DNA from: Stegostoma tigrinum
Taxonomy: Eukaryota
Reading direction: 5' to 3'
Assembly: GCF_030684315.1 (NCBI RefSeq)
Contig: NC_081362.1
Location: 95,711,187-95,775,186 of the forward strand
Length of the DNA: 64,000 nt
Positions 39,775 to 53,240 of the stretch are shown piece by piece. The notes under the pieces are model-generated. The model searched no databases and had not been told where the DNA came from. It saw only the letters and a program-made list of their open reading frames with translations. The position numbers and the translations under genes are program-made. Each line of letters starts with the position of its first letter. Position 1 is the stretch's first letter.

Positions 39775-40790
39775 ATCCAAAGTAGATAACCTCACAGTTG
39801 CTTGTCTCGAAATGCATTTTCTGCAGTTTTACCTGTTCATTTCATCAGCTAACATTTCTGTAATGTTATGTTTATGTTCACACGGCTTATAAGGCTCTTT
39901 GTTTATGAAATCTGCAAATTTGGATATTTGCTTTCTGTTCCTCATCTAATTTGTTGATGAATACTTTAAATAGTTGAAGCTCCAGCACAAATGTTTGTGA
40001 GATTCCGCTAGCTGCTTTGTGCCAGTTCAGGTCCCTCTCTTGTATCCCTCCTGTCTCCTGCTGTTCAGCCCATTTCCCTGTGCTGGTCCATAAACTGTTC
40101 CCATTACTCAGAACCTCACAGCTGATCATCTCTTACAAGGAATTTTATTAAGTGTCGCTGGAAATCTTTATAAAAATATCTAAAGACACTCTTTGCCAAT
40201 AGGAGTCATTTGGCATGACCCACCCTTTACAAGTTAGACTCTGTCTGATCAGCTGAAAATGCTGGAGGTGTTCGGTCAGCCTATTCCTAAATATAGACTC
40301 CCTGAGAACAGACATCAGGCTTAACTGGTTTATAATTTCTGCCACATTTTTCTCAGCAAGCTGTCTTGAGCAAATTACTCTTTCCAGGAAGATAGGCATA
40401 GTAGCAGAATGCCTAGAATACAGCTTTAGTCCTATTATCTAAGGAAAGATTTACTGGCACTGGAGGGAATTCAGAGTCCTGCACTGGGAGAGGTTGAGAA
40501 GGTTGGGCCTTTGCTGTTGTTGGAGTTTAGTAGAATGAGTGGAAACCTTATTGAAACAAGTAAGATTCTATCAAAGGGTCACGAATCTGTGCACTTCACT
40601 ACCCCAGAATGTGGTGGAACCTGGGACAATGTGTATATTTAAGAAGATAGACAGACAGGTTTTTAAGTGGTAACAAGTTGAAGGGTTATGGAGAGTGGGC
40701 AGAAAAGTGGAATTGAAGCCAAAATTAGATTAGCTAAAATCGTATTAAATGGTGGAGCTGGTTTGAGGGGCTGAGTGGCCTACTCTTGTG
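39775..40790. mobile_element. Decayed CR1 fragments (minus ~39775-40400, plus 3' tail ~40410-40790)
   Basis: SGISQ..VL..QLF..FIN.LDE on the minus strand; CR1 tail motifs on the plus strand. Confidence 0.65.
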
Positions 40791-41198
40791 TCAAGTCCTT
40801 TTTGTTCCTTTGTGTAAATGAGTTGTTGATTGGCGTGGATCATAGTTCTGAGTAGACCTTCCTCAAAGAGGAGACACTCTGTGCTCGCTACGGACTGAGT
40901 GCTGTCAGTGTTGGGACTGCAGCAGTGCAAGACCTCAGCTGACTGAGACGAAGGCCGAGTGAGTTCTGACTGAAATCTTAAAGTGGAAACACGACTTTGC
41001 GAATTCACCCTCTATTACTATAATCAGTTTTTATTTGCCTAATTAAAGATGCCTGATTCTGCTTGTTAGAATTCAAGTACTTGAGTTTCTTTGTTTTTAG
41101 AGAGGTTTTGATAGGAGTAACTAAACAGGTTCTCTATGCAGATCTTTGTAAGAAAGAGATCACTTCAGAGAAATTGAAAGGAGTATGATTAATGTTGG

Positions 41199-41400
41199 AT
41201 AACAAAGTGTGGGGCTGGATGAACACAGCAGGCCAAGCAGCATCTTAGGAGCACAAAAGCTGACGTTTTTCTGATGAAGGGTCTAGGCCCGAAACATCAG
41301 CTTTTGTGCCCTAAGATGCTGCTTGACCTGCTGTGTTCATCCAGCCCCACACTTTATCTTGGATTCTCCAGGATCTGCAGTTCCCATTACCTCTGATCAC
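41199..41400 (+). mobile_element. Penelope-derived hairpin element (family B) with well-preserved hammerhead core and TSD
   Basis: CTGATGA agggtc ta ggccc GAAA catc ag at 41271-41300. Inverted arm 41199-41268. TSD atg(a/g)ttaatgttgg at 41185-41198 and 41401-41414. Confidence 0.8.
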
Positions 41401-44400
41401 ATGGTTAATGTTGGGACTGCAGCAATTGGGACCTCAGCTCAGTGCAATCCAGACGGATTCAGTAATCTGGGATTTCAAACATTGCTGAGCAAGGTGTGAG
41501 AGATAACAAAGGATTGAGACTCTGACTTGCAGTGAGACACTGGCGGAGACATGAGACAGACCACAGCATGATACAAGTGTGGGTAAAGCAGCTGACAGGG
41601 AAGTAGGACTAGTGAGTATATCTAGTCACGAAAGTAAACATCAGATTTTTAGAGAGATAGTAGGAACTGCTGATGCTGGAGAATCTGAGATAACACGGTG
41701 TGAAGCTGGATGAACACAGCAGGCCAAGCAGCTTCAGAGGAGCAAGAAATTTTGTTGTTTCGGGTCGGGACCCTTCTTCAGAAAATGAAGATTTTCACCA
41801 TCAGATTTTTAGTTCGTGTTTAGGTTTTGCAGTGTTTTCTTCCTTCTATAAAACAAAATTGAGCATTGGATTGATACTGGAGATTTTTCTCCTTTTTTGG
41901 TGATAAATGCAACATATCAGGGCAGTGAAGTATATAGGCAGGGTGTCTTGGCTAATTAATCTGTAGGTTAAATTGTTGGTAGCAGGACAGGTGATGTGTT
42001 GCTGCTGCAACATGTGGGAGCTGCTGGACACCAGTGGGGCCAGTATCCTGATGAATCAAACAACTATAAGGCTGTAGAGAGGTCTTTGAACTAATTGGGG
42101 GTGTCGATTTGAGAAAGGGAACTGTAGACTTATATAGCAAGAGGATATGGTAAAATTACAGGGCATCTGTTTGAATAATAAAACCAGGAGTGGAATGGCA
42201 CAGGACAGAGGAGGAAGTCCAGGAGGCAGTTCACGAACCTGATAACAGGTGACTGTTGTATGAGGAGAGGTTGGATAGATTGGGTCTGCACTCATTGGAG
42301 TTTAGAAAAATGAGGGGAATCCTTAATGAAATATACAAGATTCTTAGAGGAGTTAATAGGGTAGAAGAAGACATTTTTGTGGAAGGGTCACTAGACCTGA
42401 AACATTAGCTCTGAATTTTACTTCACAGGTGCTGCCAGACTTTCTGTTTTTGTTCCTGTTTTATAGCATCCACCATTCTTTTGTTTTTATTTAGGTTTTT
42501 ACTCAGTATGGGAGTCAAGAGTTATGGGGCAAAGGTAGAAAAATGTAGTAGAGGATTATTAGATCAGTCTAATAATTGAGGAATGGGATGTACTGGTAGT
42601 TTTTATTGTTGGACTGTTAATCCAAAAACCCAGCGGATGCTCTTGGGACCCAGGACCCTGCCTCAGCAGACAATGGAACTGGAATTAAAAGTCTAGTGAA
42701 TGATCATGAATCCATTGCTAATTGTTGGGGGAAAACCCACCTGGCTCAGTACCTTTAATTTGATCGCTGCCTTAAACCAAGGCCCAACTGCTCCCGCTTA
42801 AATGAACTTGTTACCTCATACATGCAGAGTCTGCAGTCCTGTGACCCTTGTTACTTTGCCTGAGGAAGTTAACAAACCACACAGTTTATTTTTAAGAAAC
42901 GAGGTTGGGCTGAAATGGATAATTGCAGCCCAGTTAACATAGCATGTGTTATAGAAGAAACCTCAGCCTTGAAGAATGCCATTATCACATAGCAATATAA
43001 AGAGGAACTCGGCATGCCTGGTCCATCCGTGGAGAGCGAAACAAAGTTAAGTTTTGGGTCCAGTAACACTTCTCCGGAAATCTGAATGTGAAATCTGTTT
43101 CGCTCACCACTGTCCAGCACTTTGTTTATCGGTGTTGGGCGTCCCTCGTATTTTGCTTCTTTTAGTGTAAAAAGGAAGTTGTTTTTGAAAAGGGCAGTGT
43201 ACTTGGTGAAAGCTGCTGGAGTTCTTTTGAGGATGAGGGTTGAGATTTGGTGGATTGGGAAATAGAAAACCATTTGGCAAGATGTGACATTGGAGATGAT
43301 GAGAACAGATTAAAGAAAAATTAAATTAGCTGCTGAGTAATAAACTGCATTTAAAAATTAGTTAGTGGGAAGAAACAAATTTAGGAATGAAGGCTATTTT
43401 ATGTAATGGTTGGAAATGACTGTTGTGGAAAGTGGAGCTAGGTTTTAGAATTTGGTTTTATTATTACATCTACTCAAGTACAGGAATAAAGGAGTCAAGT
43501 GAAAAGTGTATAAAGTTGTCATTTCCTGCATTATCTTCGGTACAAAGGTGTCTAGCTACAAAATCTTTGGCATAACATTTTTTCCCTTTTTTTCTAATTT
43601 TAAAAGTTCAGCATTACAGTCCTTCCAAAGCCAAAAAAGAGGAATTAAAAAAAAATGCAGGTTTGAGTATTGGGAACAGTTTCTGCTGAGCATGGCTATC
43701 AGGTTGTTGGAAGTGGCTCTGGTTAGTAAGCATTTTGTAAAAAAGAGTCTGGCTTATTAAAAATTAAGTAAACTGTAGCAGGGATATGTCTTTGGCCCCT
43801 CGAGCATTGCCTTGCAAATCACTAAGATAATGGTTGGTCTGCTGTTGGACTCAAATTCACCCTCCTGCCTGAAGAAGGGTCACTGAACCTGAAACATTAA
43901 CTCCGTTTTTCCTGCACAGATACTGCCAGTCCCGCTGAGCTTTTCCAGCAACTTTGTTTTTGTTCACTCACCTTCCTGCTCCTTTATAATAGTGGACTTT
44001 TTCAATTGTTTAAAAGGTAGTCTATAATGTTTTATTTTTGCAAGTCCAAAGGAAGATACGTTGGATTATTAATAAAATGGGTCAGTACACTAAAACATTT
44101 CAAAGTTTATTTAAAGAACCATAGTAATGTTATCGTGAATGGGAGTTGGCCGTTAATGGGAATGAATGGGAGGTTTGGTGGGGACAAGCTTCAGAATATG
44201 AAAAGCAGAAATGGAAGAAGCATTTTATTTCCAAGAAAAGCGAACCCAAGTTTTGGTTTCTTTCACTATTCAAATATCAGTGAGTCTCTGTAAAATCTTT
44301 GTTAGGTTTGTTAGAATAACTTGTGTGGCAGTGAGCTCCACTGTAAATAATGTGGTTTTAGTGAGGGTACACTGCACATTCACTGGGATACTGCATGGCA

Positions 44401-44905
44401 CAAGGACATACCAATGCAAAGAGAAATCTTAAAAACCTGGAATATTTTAAAACAAAAAAACAATTACAAGAATTTTTTGAAATTATTAAGGGATGGTTCA
44501 GGAGAGATCAGAGTTTTCTAATTCCTGTAATTGAGAGTTGTAAGCTTGTGGGTTTCATTTTGTGAGGCTTGTTTCTGTCTTTCCCACTATGTCAGCACAC
44601 AAGTTTAGGTTGGCTAGGAGAATGTGGGGTTTTGGAAATGGGATTGATTCGTATACAGTGCGTTGTTTCTTCAAAAGAAGGTCAAATATGTCACTGATTG
44701 TACAATTCATTGTGCAGGGATTGAGGTGCCTGCAGGTTCATGTGCATTGTTCTTTGGAAGTAGTAGGACTTGTTGCGATAATAATTAACAAAGTTTTTGC
44801 AATCTTGGTCCTCATAATTGAAGGGATTGAGTACAGAAGCATGGAAGTTTTGCTGGAAACCTCTAAGCCTCCTTATAGGCCACATCTAGAGTATTGTGCT
44901 GAGTT

Positions 44906-45382
44906 CATAGAATCTCTCCAGTGTGGAAACAGGCCCTTTGGCCCAACAAGTCCACACTGATCCCCAGAGCATCCTACTCAGACCCATCCCCCAATCTACA
45001 CATCCCTGAACACAACGTGCAATTTAGCATGGCGAATCCATCTAACCTGCACAAATCAAACATCGGTGAATCTTTGTAAAATCTTTGGGAGGTTTGTTAG
45101 AATAACCTGTGTGGCCGTGAGCTCCACTGTAAATAATGTGGCTTTAGTGAGGGTACAGTGCACCTTTACTGGGATCCTGAATCGCAGAAGGACACAGCAA
45201 TGCAAAGAGAAATTTTAAAAACCTGGGATACTTTTAAAACAAAAAATAATTACAAGTGGAAGGAAACCCATGCCAACACAGGGAGAACGTGCAAACTCCA
45301 CATAGACAGTCGCCCAAGGGTGGAACTGAACCCAGGTCCCTGGAGCTGAGAGGCAGCAGTGGTAACCACAGAGCCACTGTGC
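44906..45382 (-). mobile_element. HE1-type SINE nested in a CR1 fragment, centre replaced by a copy of nearby sequence
   Basis: SINE tail 44906-45053 and head 45258-45382. The intervening 45056-45256 matches 44270-44469. Confidence 0.75.
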
Positions 45383-46059
45383 TCTGGTCACCACACTTTA
45401 ATGAGGGTGTGAGGATCCCTGAAAGGCTTTGGCAAAAATGATTCCAGTGTTGGGCAAGGTTTTACCTGAAAGATGAGCATGAAAAAGTAGAATTATTCTC
45501 CTTGGAGTAAAGGAGATTGAGGGACAATTTGAATAAGGTGTTAAAGATAAAGACAGGGTAAGGTAGGCCATGAAACACTAGTTCCTATTAGTTCATGGCT
45601 CAAGGATCTAAGATCCTGGACAAGAGATTCAGGGGAATATGTTGCAGAATCAGTGAGTGGCAGTCGCCTAGAAAATGGTTCTGTTGAGAGTGAGAGTGTA
45701 GGAAGCAGGGACTAGGAATGATTCCAAAAGGAAATTGGATTATGCTTGTTGAGTTAATATTAAAACATAAAGGACAAAAGTTACAAAAGGTTATAATAAA
45801 TATTGATGGGAAAGCAGAAGTGAAACCCACAAATGCAAAATAATGCAGATGCCAGAAATCTGATTCAAACACAGAATGTTGGAGAAACTCCACAGATATG
45901 GCAGCCTCTGGAAGATAGAAACAGAGTGAGCAGTTTGAGTCTGGTATGACTGCTTTTCAGAAATGAAGAAATGAATGTGTATGGTCAAAACTGAACCACC
46001 ATTTTTTTAACATTTGGAGGATTCTTGTCAACAGTCAGGCTTTGCCGTTCAGGAATCGT

Positions 46060-46500
46060 TGTGGAATCGCACAGTAAATTCTGCAGTCTCTAAGCATAAA
46101 GAATCATGTATTACATCAGTTTGCAGAGATGTTAAGAAAAGAATGACCAAGACCATGATTTGGAGTTACTTCCTGTATAGACCTGAAATATGGGCTTTGA
46201 GAAAGGGGGGTAATCCAAAGAATAGGAAGTTGTGAAATTGATTGTGGAAAAGGATGGAGCAGGTTAGTTGGAGAGAACATCAGAACCACGAAGAACATGC
46301 CTAGATGATGGAAGAGGGAAGATTGTTGGTGAATATCATGAAGAAGAGGCATTAAGGCTGGATTGCTACATTCAAAACCACGAGAGCTTGCTGAAGGATG
46401 CGATTGAAATGAGATTAGTTGAATGTAGACCATAACGAAGAAAGAGGATGATGATATTAGACAACTTGGAAGTGAAAATGCAAGACTCCTATGAGCCAAA
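46060..46500 (+). mobile_element. Decayed RTE-type LINE 3' fragment
   Basis: KKRMTKTMIWSYFLYRPEIWAL..(C)EI.LWKRMEQVSW resembles the RTE C-terminal 'VWSVLLYG.E.W.L' motif. Confidence 0.55.
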
Positions 46501-49500
46501 ATAGAGATTGTTGGAACAGCTCAGCAGTTCTGGCAGCATCTATGAGAGAAATCAGAGTTAATTTTTCAGGTTGCATGATACTTCCTGAAAACTCCTATGA
46601 CCGGTGAGGAAAGCGTAAGACCATGCGATGTAGAGGTATGAGCAGAGGACCTGGATTTAGTCAGTTTACTACCAAAAATACAGTGGCTGCTTTTGGGAAA
46701 TAAACTTGATGGTTTCGGGTTAAATGACTATTGAGACCCATCAAGAGAGCCAGCATGGTTCTGTACACTGAATAAAATCCTGCTGTATTGCAATGTTGCT
46801 GTGTCTGCCTCGTGTAATCTTTATTTAGTGCCATAGAAGAAGTGACAACTGAGGCTTTTTTTTTCTCCTTTTGAGTCATATGGCGCAGAAATAGGCCCTT
46901 GGCCTAACATGTCCATGCCGACCAGGTTTACTACCTGTGCCTGGCCTATAACCCTTTTGTCTCCAAATACTTGTCCACATGTCTTTTAAATGTTGTAATT
47001 GTGCCTGTCTCTCCCATTCCCTGTGTCAGCCCAGACATGCACCACCCTCTGTATAAAAAAAGTTGCCCCTCCGTTTCAATCTAAATCTTTCCCATCTCAC
47101 GTAAACTTATGTCCTCTATTTTTGGACTCTCTTACCCTTGAGAAAAGACCTCGGCTGTTAATCTTATAAGACTCTGTAAGGTCACCCTGCCCCCTTTTAT
47201 GCCCCAGGGTGAGGGGAAATGTTCCAGTGTCTCACTATTTAAAGCAAATTGGATTTGTGTCAACATGTTGCATTTATTTGTAATCATTAACATTGTGAAA
47301 TGCTGCAAGCTGCTTTATCAAGCAAGATTTAAAACCAAATTACAAAAGGACAAAGCAGGACAGGTGACCAAAATCTGAAGACAAGAGGTCAGATTAAGGA
47401 GCAGTTTTAAGTAGCAGGAATATGAGAATTTAAGATTGAGGCATCTGAGGGCATGGTTGCCAATAGTGGAGTGAAGGCAATCGTAAACCCTTGTCTTGAG
47501 GATAGAGTGTACTCAAGATCATGAGTTCCTGCCTATGGGAAGGAGGGGACGGGCAAGAGGCCAGTTTTAAACATTGTAAAATTTTGCCCTGATCACTAAG
47601 GATATAAACATGATGTACCACTTTGTCTTGTTTCTCTTCTCTTCAATCACTACACGGTACGTAATCGCGTGACTCAAGTGTCAACCCTGGGATGTTTCAG
47701 CCCCAAACCCCTCAGTTCTTTGCTGGTGAAATTTACCAAGGGTGTTGTTATCTCTAGTACTAACTTTGAGTTTTGCACTTCCTAGATGAAGCCAATCTGT
47801 GACCCAAGTAGCTTGAAAACAGCGTAGTTCTCTGGAGTATTTTGTTTCCATCTCCAATGAATAAAGCTCTTTTTTAAAAAGGAGCCAAACAACCAAGATT
47901 AAATCTGAACTTTTTGGCTGAGTGGTAAAAAGGAATATTTCTGAGACAGTTTAGTTTACTTCATCCCCAGTCATACTGAGATGCATCTAATAAAACAACA
48001 CTGTACATATGGTGGGTTACTGTGGTTTGGTTAGGCAAATGTGATCTGTGGTATTATTTTAGTGTTTTGGAGTTTAATGTTTACAGTTTCCTTCGACTGG
48101 CCTTGCTTTTACACTGGAGGTTGGGGGCGAGGGAGGAAGTTCTGATGACGCTTGTTCTTTCTTGACTGGTGTTTCAAGAGAACTGAAATTGCTAGACAAA
48201 AGAACCGGAGGTCTCTTTAGTTTACCTTCCAGCATCCTGACAGTACAACAACAATGAAATTGTTTGAGGAGTATGTTTTAGCACTTTAAAAATTTGCTGA
48301 CATGTCACACAAGCACCAGGAGATTTACAAGTTAATCTCTTAGGACTGCATGTGCATGTTACTGTGCTCTGAATAGGTTGTTTTGTTTGGCAAGTGTTAA
48401 ACTATGCTTAAGGATTGAGCAATGATTATGTCAAAATTTAGGATTTGATGCTGCTTGGCCTGCTGTGTTCATCCAGCCCCACGCTTTGTTATCTTGGATT
48501 CTCCAGCATCTGCAGTTCCCATTATCTCTGATCAGGATTTTATTTTCACGCTTTTAAAGGTGCTTTAAGCCCCGTTCATTGTTAAAGTATCTGGGACGTT
48601 CTTTTTCTGACTTGGGTTGTTTTCTGTTAAAGCCCAAAAGTTTTTGCGAGATTTAATCTGTACAATTTGGTCTTGATGACATGTGGCTGTCAGTTCAAAG
48701 AAGCAGCTTTGTCATGTTTCAAGAATTTGAACTCTGCTCAAGTGAATCCAGAAGGGATGTATCTACTGGCTGGTGGTTCTAGAATCAGGATTTTTGGAAC
48801 CTCAGGATAAGGGCATCTCATTTAAGACAGTGACGAAAAGGAGGAATTTCTTCTCTTGGACAGTAGTGAATCTCTGGAATTCCCTATTGCAGAAAGCCAT
48901 GGAAGTTAAATCAGGTTCGATACAGAGATCAATAGATTTCTGGAGACTAATGACACCAAGCGACACCAAGTGATATGGGAACAGTGCAGGAACGTGGCAT
49001 TGAGGTGATAAGTAACCATGATCGTATTGAAGGGCACGCAGGCTCAATGGGCTGAATGGCCTACTCCAGTTCCGAAGTTCTTGGTGGCTCACAATGTGTG
49101 GTTGCCTTTTTACAATTTGCCCTCAGGATGTGGCAGCACTAATTTTGATTTATTACTGCCTCATCTACTGAGAGTGAAATGTGTTGTTTTCCGTGCTATC
49201 GAGACAAATCATACCTCACGTAAGTACGTCAGTGTAATAGAACAGAATGCAGAATATGTGTATGGATATGATGGGCCAAATGCTCTCTATCTACACTTTT
49301 CTCGCTGCGTCGGGAAAGCAGCCACCATCAACAAACACCCTTCCCACCCTGGTTATAATCTCTTCCAACCTCTTCATTCAGGCAGAAATTACAAAATCTT
49401 AAACACATGTACCGACAGGTTCAGGAGCAGCTTCTTACCCGCAGTTGTTAGACTGTTGGACCTCTCAAATTTCAGATCTAATGTTGATCTTGCTTTTTGT

Positions 49501-49874
49501 GCATCTTCTCTGTCACTCTATGAACTTTGTATGGCATGATTTGCCTGTACTGCACGTGAAACACTAATTTTTCACTGCACCTAGGTATGTGTGCCAACAA
49601 TAAATCAAAGCAAATCAAAAATCTTGAGCCATAGATAGTAGGAACTTCTATTGCTGGAGTCAGAGATAATGGTGTGGAACTGGAGGAACACAGCAGTCCA
49701 GGCAGCATCAGAGGAGCAGGAAAGTTTCAGCTCTGGACCCTTCTTCAGAAGATCTTGAACCACTGCAGTTTGTGCTGTAGATAGACCAAAAATGCCCTGA
49801 GGAAGAGAATTCCAGGAGTTTCTCCCAGAGTGGTCTGTATCCTTCTTTGCTGTAGTCCATTTTAATTTGCATGA

Positions 49875-50600
49875 CAATGGCTCCTCCTCCGCTGGTTTGA
49901 TGACTATTTCGCAGTTGGACTTCAGAACATGGATGGCGTTACATTGTACTTGGGTGACATTCTGTGCTACCTTGTGAGTGCACCTTAATAATCTGGTGCT
50001 GACGCATCTCCTGATGACTTGAAGTTAGATGTTGAGTCTAGGGCAGCGGCCTTGCGGAAGGGTCCAATTCGACTCTTTCTCCTTTATTGGTTGTTGCACC
50101 ACGGATCTCTCTGTCGACTCTTCCAGTTCGTTGGTTGCCTCATTGGGCTTGCTGCTGAACTCTTGGATCGTGGAAGATTTCTTGAAACCTCATTCATTTG
50201 ATTGTTTTCTCTGTCTGTTCCGAGACCAATGGAGTCATTTTGATTGTGGGACAGAAGTTGAATCCACGGCTGAGAACTTCTATTTTTCCCAATTAAAGGG
50301 TTTGGTAAGACAGGTTTATGATGGATTTCTCCGCGGTGGTACAAGTTTCAACTGTGGTACCATGAGAGACTTGACTACTGCTGGTGGTGATGCCAAGTTT
50401 CTCCAGTTGCTTGCTCTTGGTGTACATGTAGGTGATATCGCTCCATTGCCTTGTCTGCTTGGCAGTGCCTCATAGCCAGACATTGTATCCTGAGTGTAAG
50501 CTGAGAATATGAACTCTATCTTGATTTCAATGTTACGGTATCTGCTGTAGAACTGTGTACGAGATGATTGAGTGTGCCCCGGTCCAACACCCGGCACTTC
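49875..50600 (-). mobile_element. Penelope-like element RT N-terminal fragment, decayed
   Basis: Minus-strand translation across frameshifts: KQLEKLGI..SIINLSYQTL*..IEVLSRGFNFCPT..ESNWTL..IVIKPA..GGAIVM, matching PLE 'LSKGLNFCPT' and 'IKPADKGGAIV' motifs. Confidence 0.7.
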
Positions 50601-51384
50601 CACATCATGACTCCAGATTTAGTCTTTAAACCACACATTTTGTGAGTATACATATTAGGTTTTGATGGGAATTAGTTTTTGTTTGTTTTGAAATATGGCA
50701 TCCACTGTCTATTACATATTATTGATGGCGCGAGGTAGCGTTTGTATTTCATACTGGTGGGTTTTATTTAAAATGAGATTTTATTAGCAGTGTCTTTTGT
50801 GAGGTGCCTGTGCAGTTTAATTGATTTTGCATCACATGCTGCAGAATCTCTGAGCTGGTGAACCTCTACTGCAAAGGAATGCTGAGCATACAGTTATTGC
50901 CAAACTAACATATTGTGCTCCTGCTTCAGTGCCTTTTCTGTTCTCGTGGGTTGATCCTGCAATTGCACTTTCCTGCCCCCTTGCCCCCCCATCCCCCTCC
51001 CCCAACCAGTGCTTTATGAATAATGATTCATTAGGCACATGGCCATCGTCCATCCCAAGACCATCTGTTCAGTGAGCTAGCCATTGGGTCTTTGTAAGGA
51101 CAAGTGCAAGTGAGATATGAAGGTGTTGAACATTGAGAAACTGGGAGACATGTGCGACTGCTGTGACCTTTTTGCAGGTTGACAGTTTAGAAGAGCATTG
51201 GAAGAGGTGATCAGAAAAGTAAAAATCTGCTGACTGAGAAAACAAATGTCAGTGTGCCTTCTCAGCCACTGTCATCTTGTGCAGCAGATAAACTGGGGAC
51301 TGCCATGCCAGAGTGAAGGCTCCCGAGGAGCTCCAGGCAGTGTTTAACAGAGTTGAGCACTGCAGCACAAACCATCTTCTCTCT

Positions 51385-51548
51385 AAGATAACAAAGTGTG
51401 GAGCTGGATGAACACGGCAGGCTAAGCAGCATCTCAGGAGCACAAAAGCTGACGTGCTCCTGAGATGCTGCTTGCCCTGCCGTGTTCACCCAGCTCCACA
51501 TTTGTTCTCTTGGATTCTCCAGCATCTGCAGTTCCCATTATCTCTGAT
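51385..51548 (+). mobile_element. Penelope-derived hairpin element (family B) with 14-bp TSD
   Basis: Inverted arms. TSD accatcttctctct at 51371-51384 and 51549-51562. Confidence 0.8.
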
Positions 51549-52969
51549 ACCATCTTCTCTCTTTTTTTTTTACCCCCATATTATTGGTGTTCCAGGGAAA
51601 TCATTAGTATTTGTAACATTCCATTTTCACTCTTGTTTCTATCTGATCCGATGAATTCCATTTGTCAAGAGAAAATTAGAATTACAATTTCAGCAGTCCA
51701 GGGGCATATGTCTTCACACAAAGGGCAATTGGAACCTAGAACTCATTACTGCAACTAGTCTTTTCGGCTGGAGTCAATTAGGTATTCTGAAACCTGAGAC
51801 CAGTAGATTTGGTTGCATAGACATACAGGGGTCAAATTTCTTTTTTAGTGCCTTTTTGAGATGTTTTTAAAGACCACCTTTTCATTTTCAGTGACTTTTT
51901 TTTAGATTTCAGAAGCTTGTTTTACATTTGCATTGATTTATTGATCAGTGACGTAGCCTGTGTAACTTTTTTTTCAGTAATACCCAAATTAAGTAAGTGG
52001 ACATGTTTTGTTAAAGTTGACAGTATTAATTACAATAGTGTCCTTGCATTACTTTGCTGAAAGGCTAAAAACCCTTTTGCCCTGCCATTTGCAGTCTCTC
52101 TCCTTGGACCCAACCTCCATGTAACTGGACCAGACTCTGCACCTTTATCCTCCTCCCATTAGGACATTTCACAACAATACCAAAGTAATGGGAAATTATG
52201 TTGAATGAGAGAAGAGAGCTGGTTGGTTGACTCTGGTTAAAGGTGTGCACCAGTTAACATTTTTAAGGTGGAGGTAGATGGATTCTTGTTTGGCAAGCAA
52301 TCAAAGATTAATCGGGGACAAATGGAATATGTAATTCAGTACACTAATTCAGCCAGGAGCTTAATGAATAGAGATGGAGCTTTGAAGAACCAAAGGGGCT
52401 ATCTCTGCCCATAGTTTATATATTCATGATGATCATGTCACCCACAAGATGTGAGGTAAGTAGCAGAGTGAGTGGGTCAGAGAGAGTGGGAGAGCGGGTG
52501 AGAGAGAGAGAGAGAGAGAGAGGTTGTGTGGACATGTGGGATTGGTGGTGAACCCGAGCACCAGTCCGAGATGAAATAAAGAACTGTGGATGCTGGAGAT
52601 CTGAAACAAAAATGAAAATTGGTGGAGCATCCCAGCAGGTCTGGCAGCATCTGTGAAGAGAGAAAAACACAGCTAACATTGAGGCTAGTGAATGTTCATT
52701 GACATGAATCATTGGCTGGTAAATGCCAGATACACCAGGGAAGCCAATATTTTTATCATTGCAAAAGATGTTCAGTTATGAAGTGAAATGTCTTTGATAA
52801 TAATGAAATAGTTAATGATTAACTGATGATGAAACAGGTTGGATTGTGGACTGAGTCAATCATTCACCTAGCAGCACTCTCCTTTCATAGACTAAACATT
52901 CTCGTGAATTGGCCTGATGAGAACTAGAAGGAAAGTTTCAACAAAATGTCTGTTTGTTTTAAAACAGTA

Positions 52970-53240
52970 CTTCAGTCTATACTACCAAATGACCACACTG
53001 TGTTTGGTGCATAAAGTTTGTAACCTCACGTGGAAGATGAGTTAGAAGAATTCAACAGTAGTCTCTATAATTATCATCACTCCATCAAACATACAGTGAC
53101 ACCTTACAGGGAAAGCATTCATTTCCTAAACACCATACGAAACAGACATATTGGAGCAACAAAAGTTAAATCTGTCACTCACTTCTATGTTCAAAAAGCC
53201 ATCACAATAAACATGTTCTCCATAGACTGATGAAGTCAGA
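52970..53240 (+). mobile_element. Penelope-like RT fragment, decayed
   Basis: EDELEEFNSSLYNYHHSIKHTVTPYRESIHFLNT resembles the PLE RT 'N.FHP.IK.T..YS..SI.FLD' region. Confidence 0.5.
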
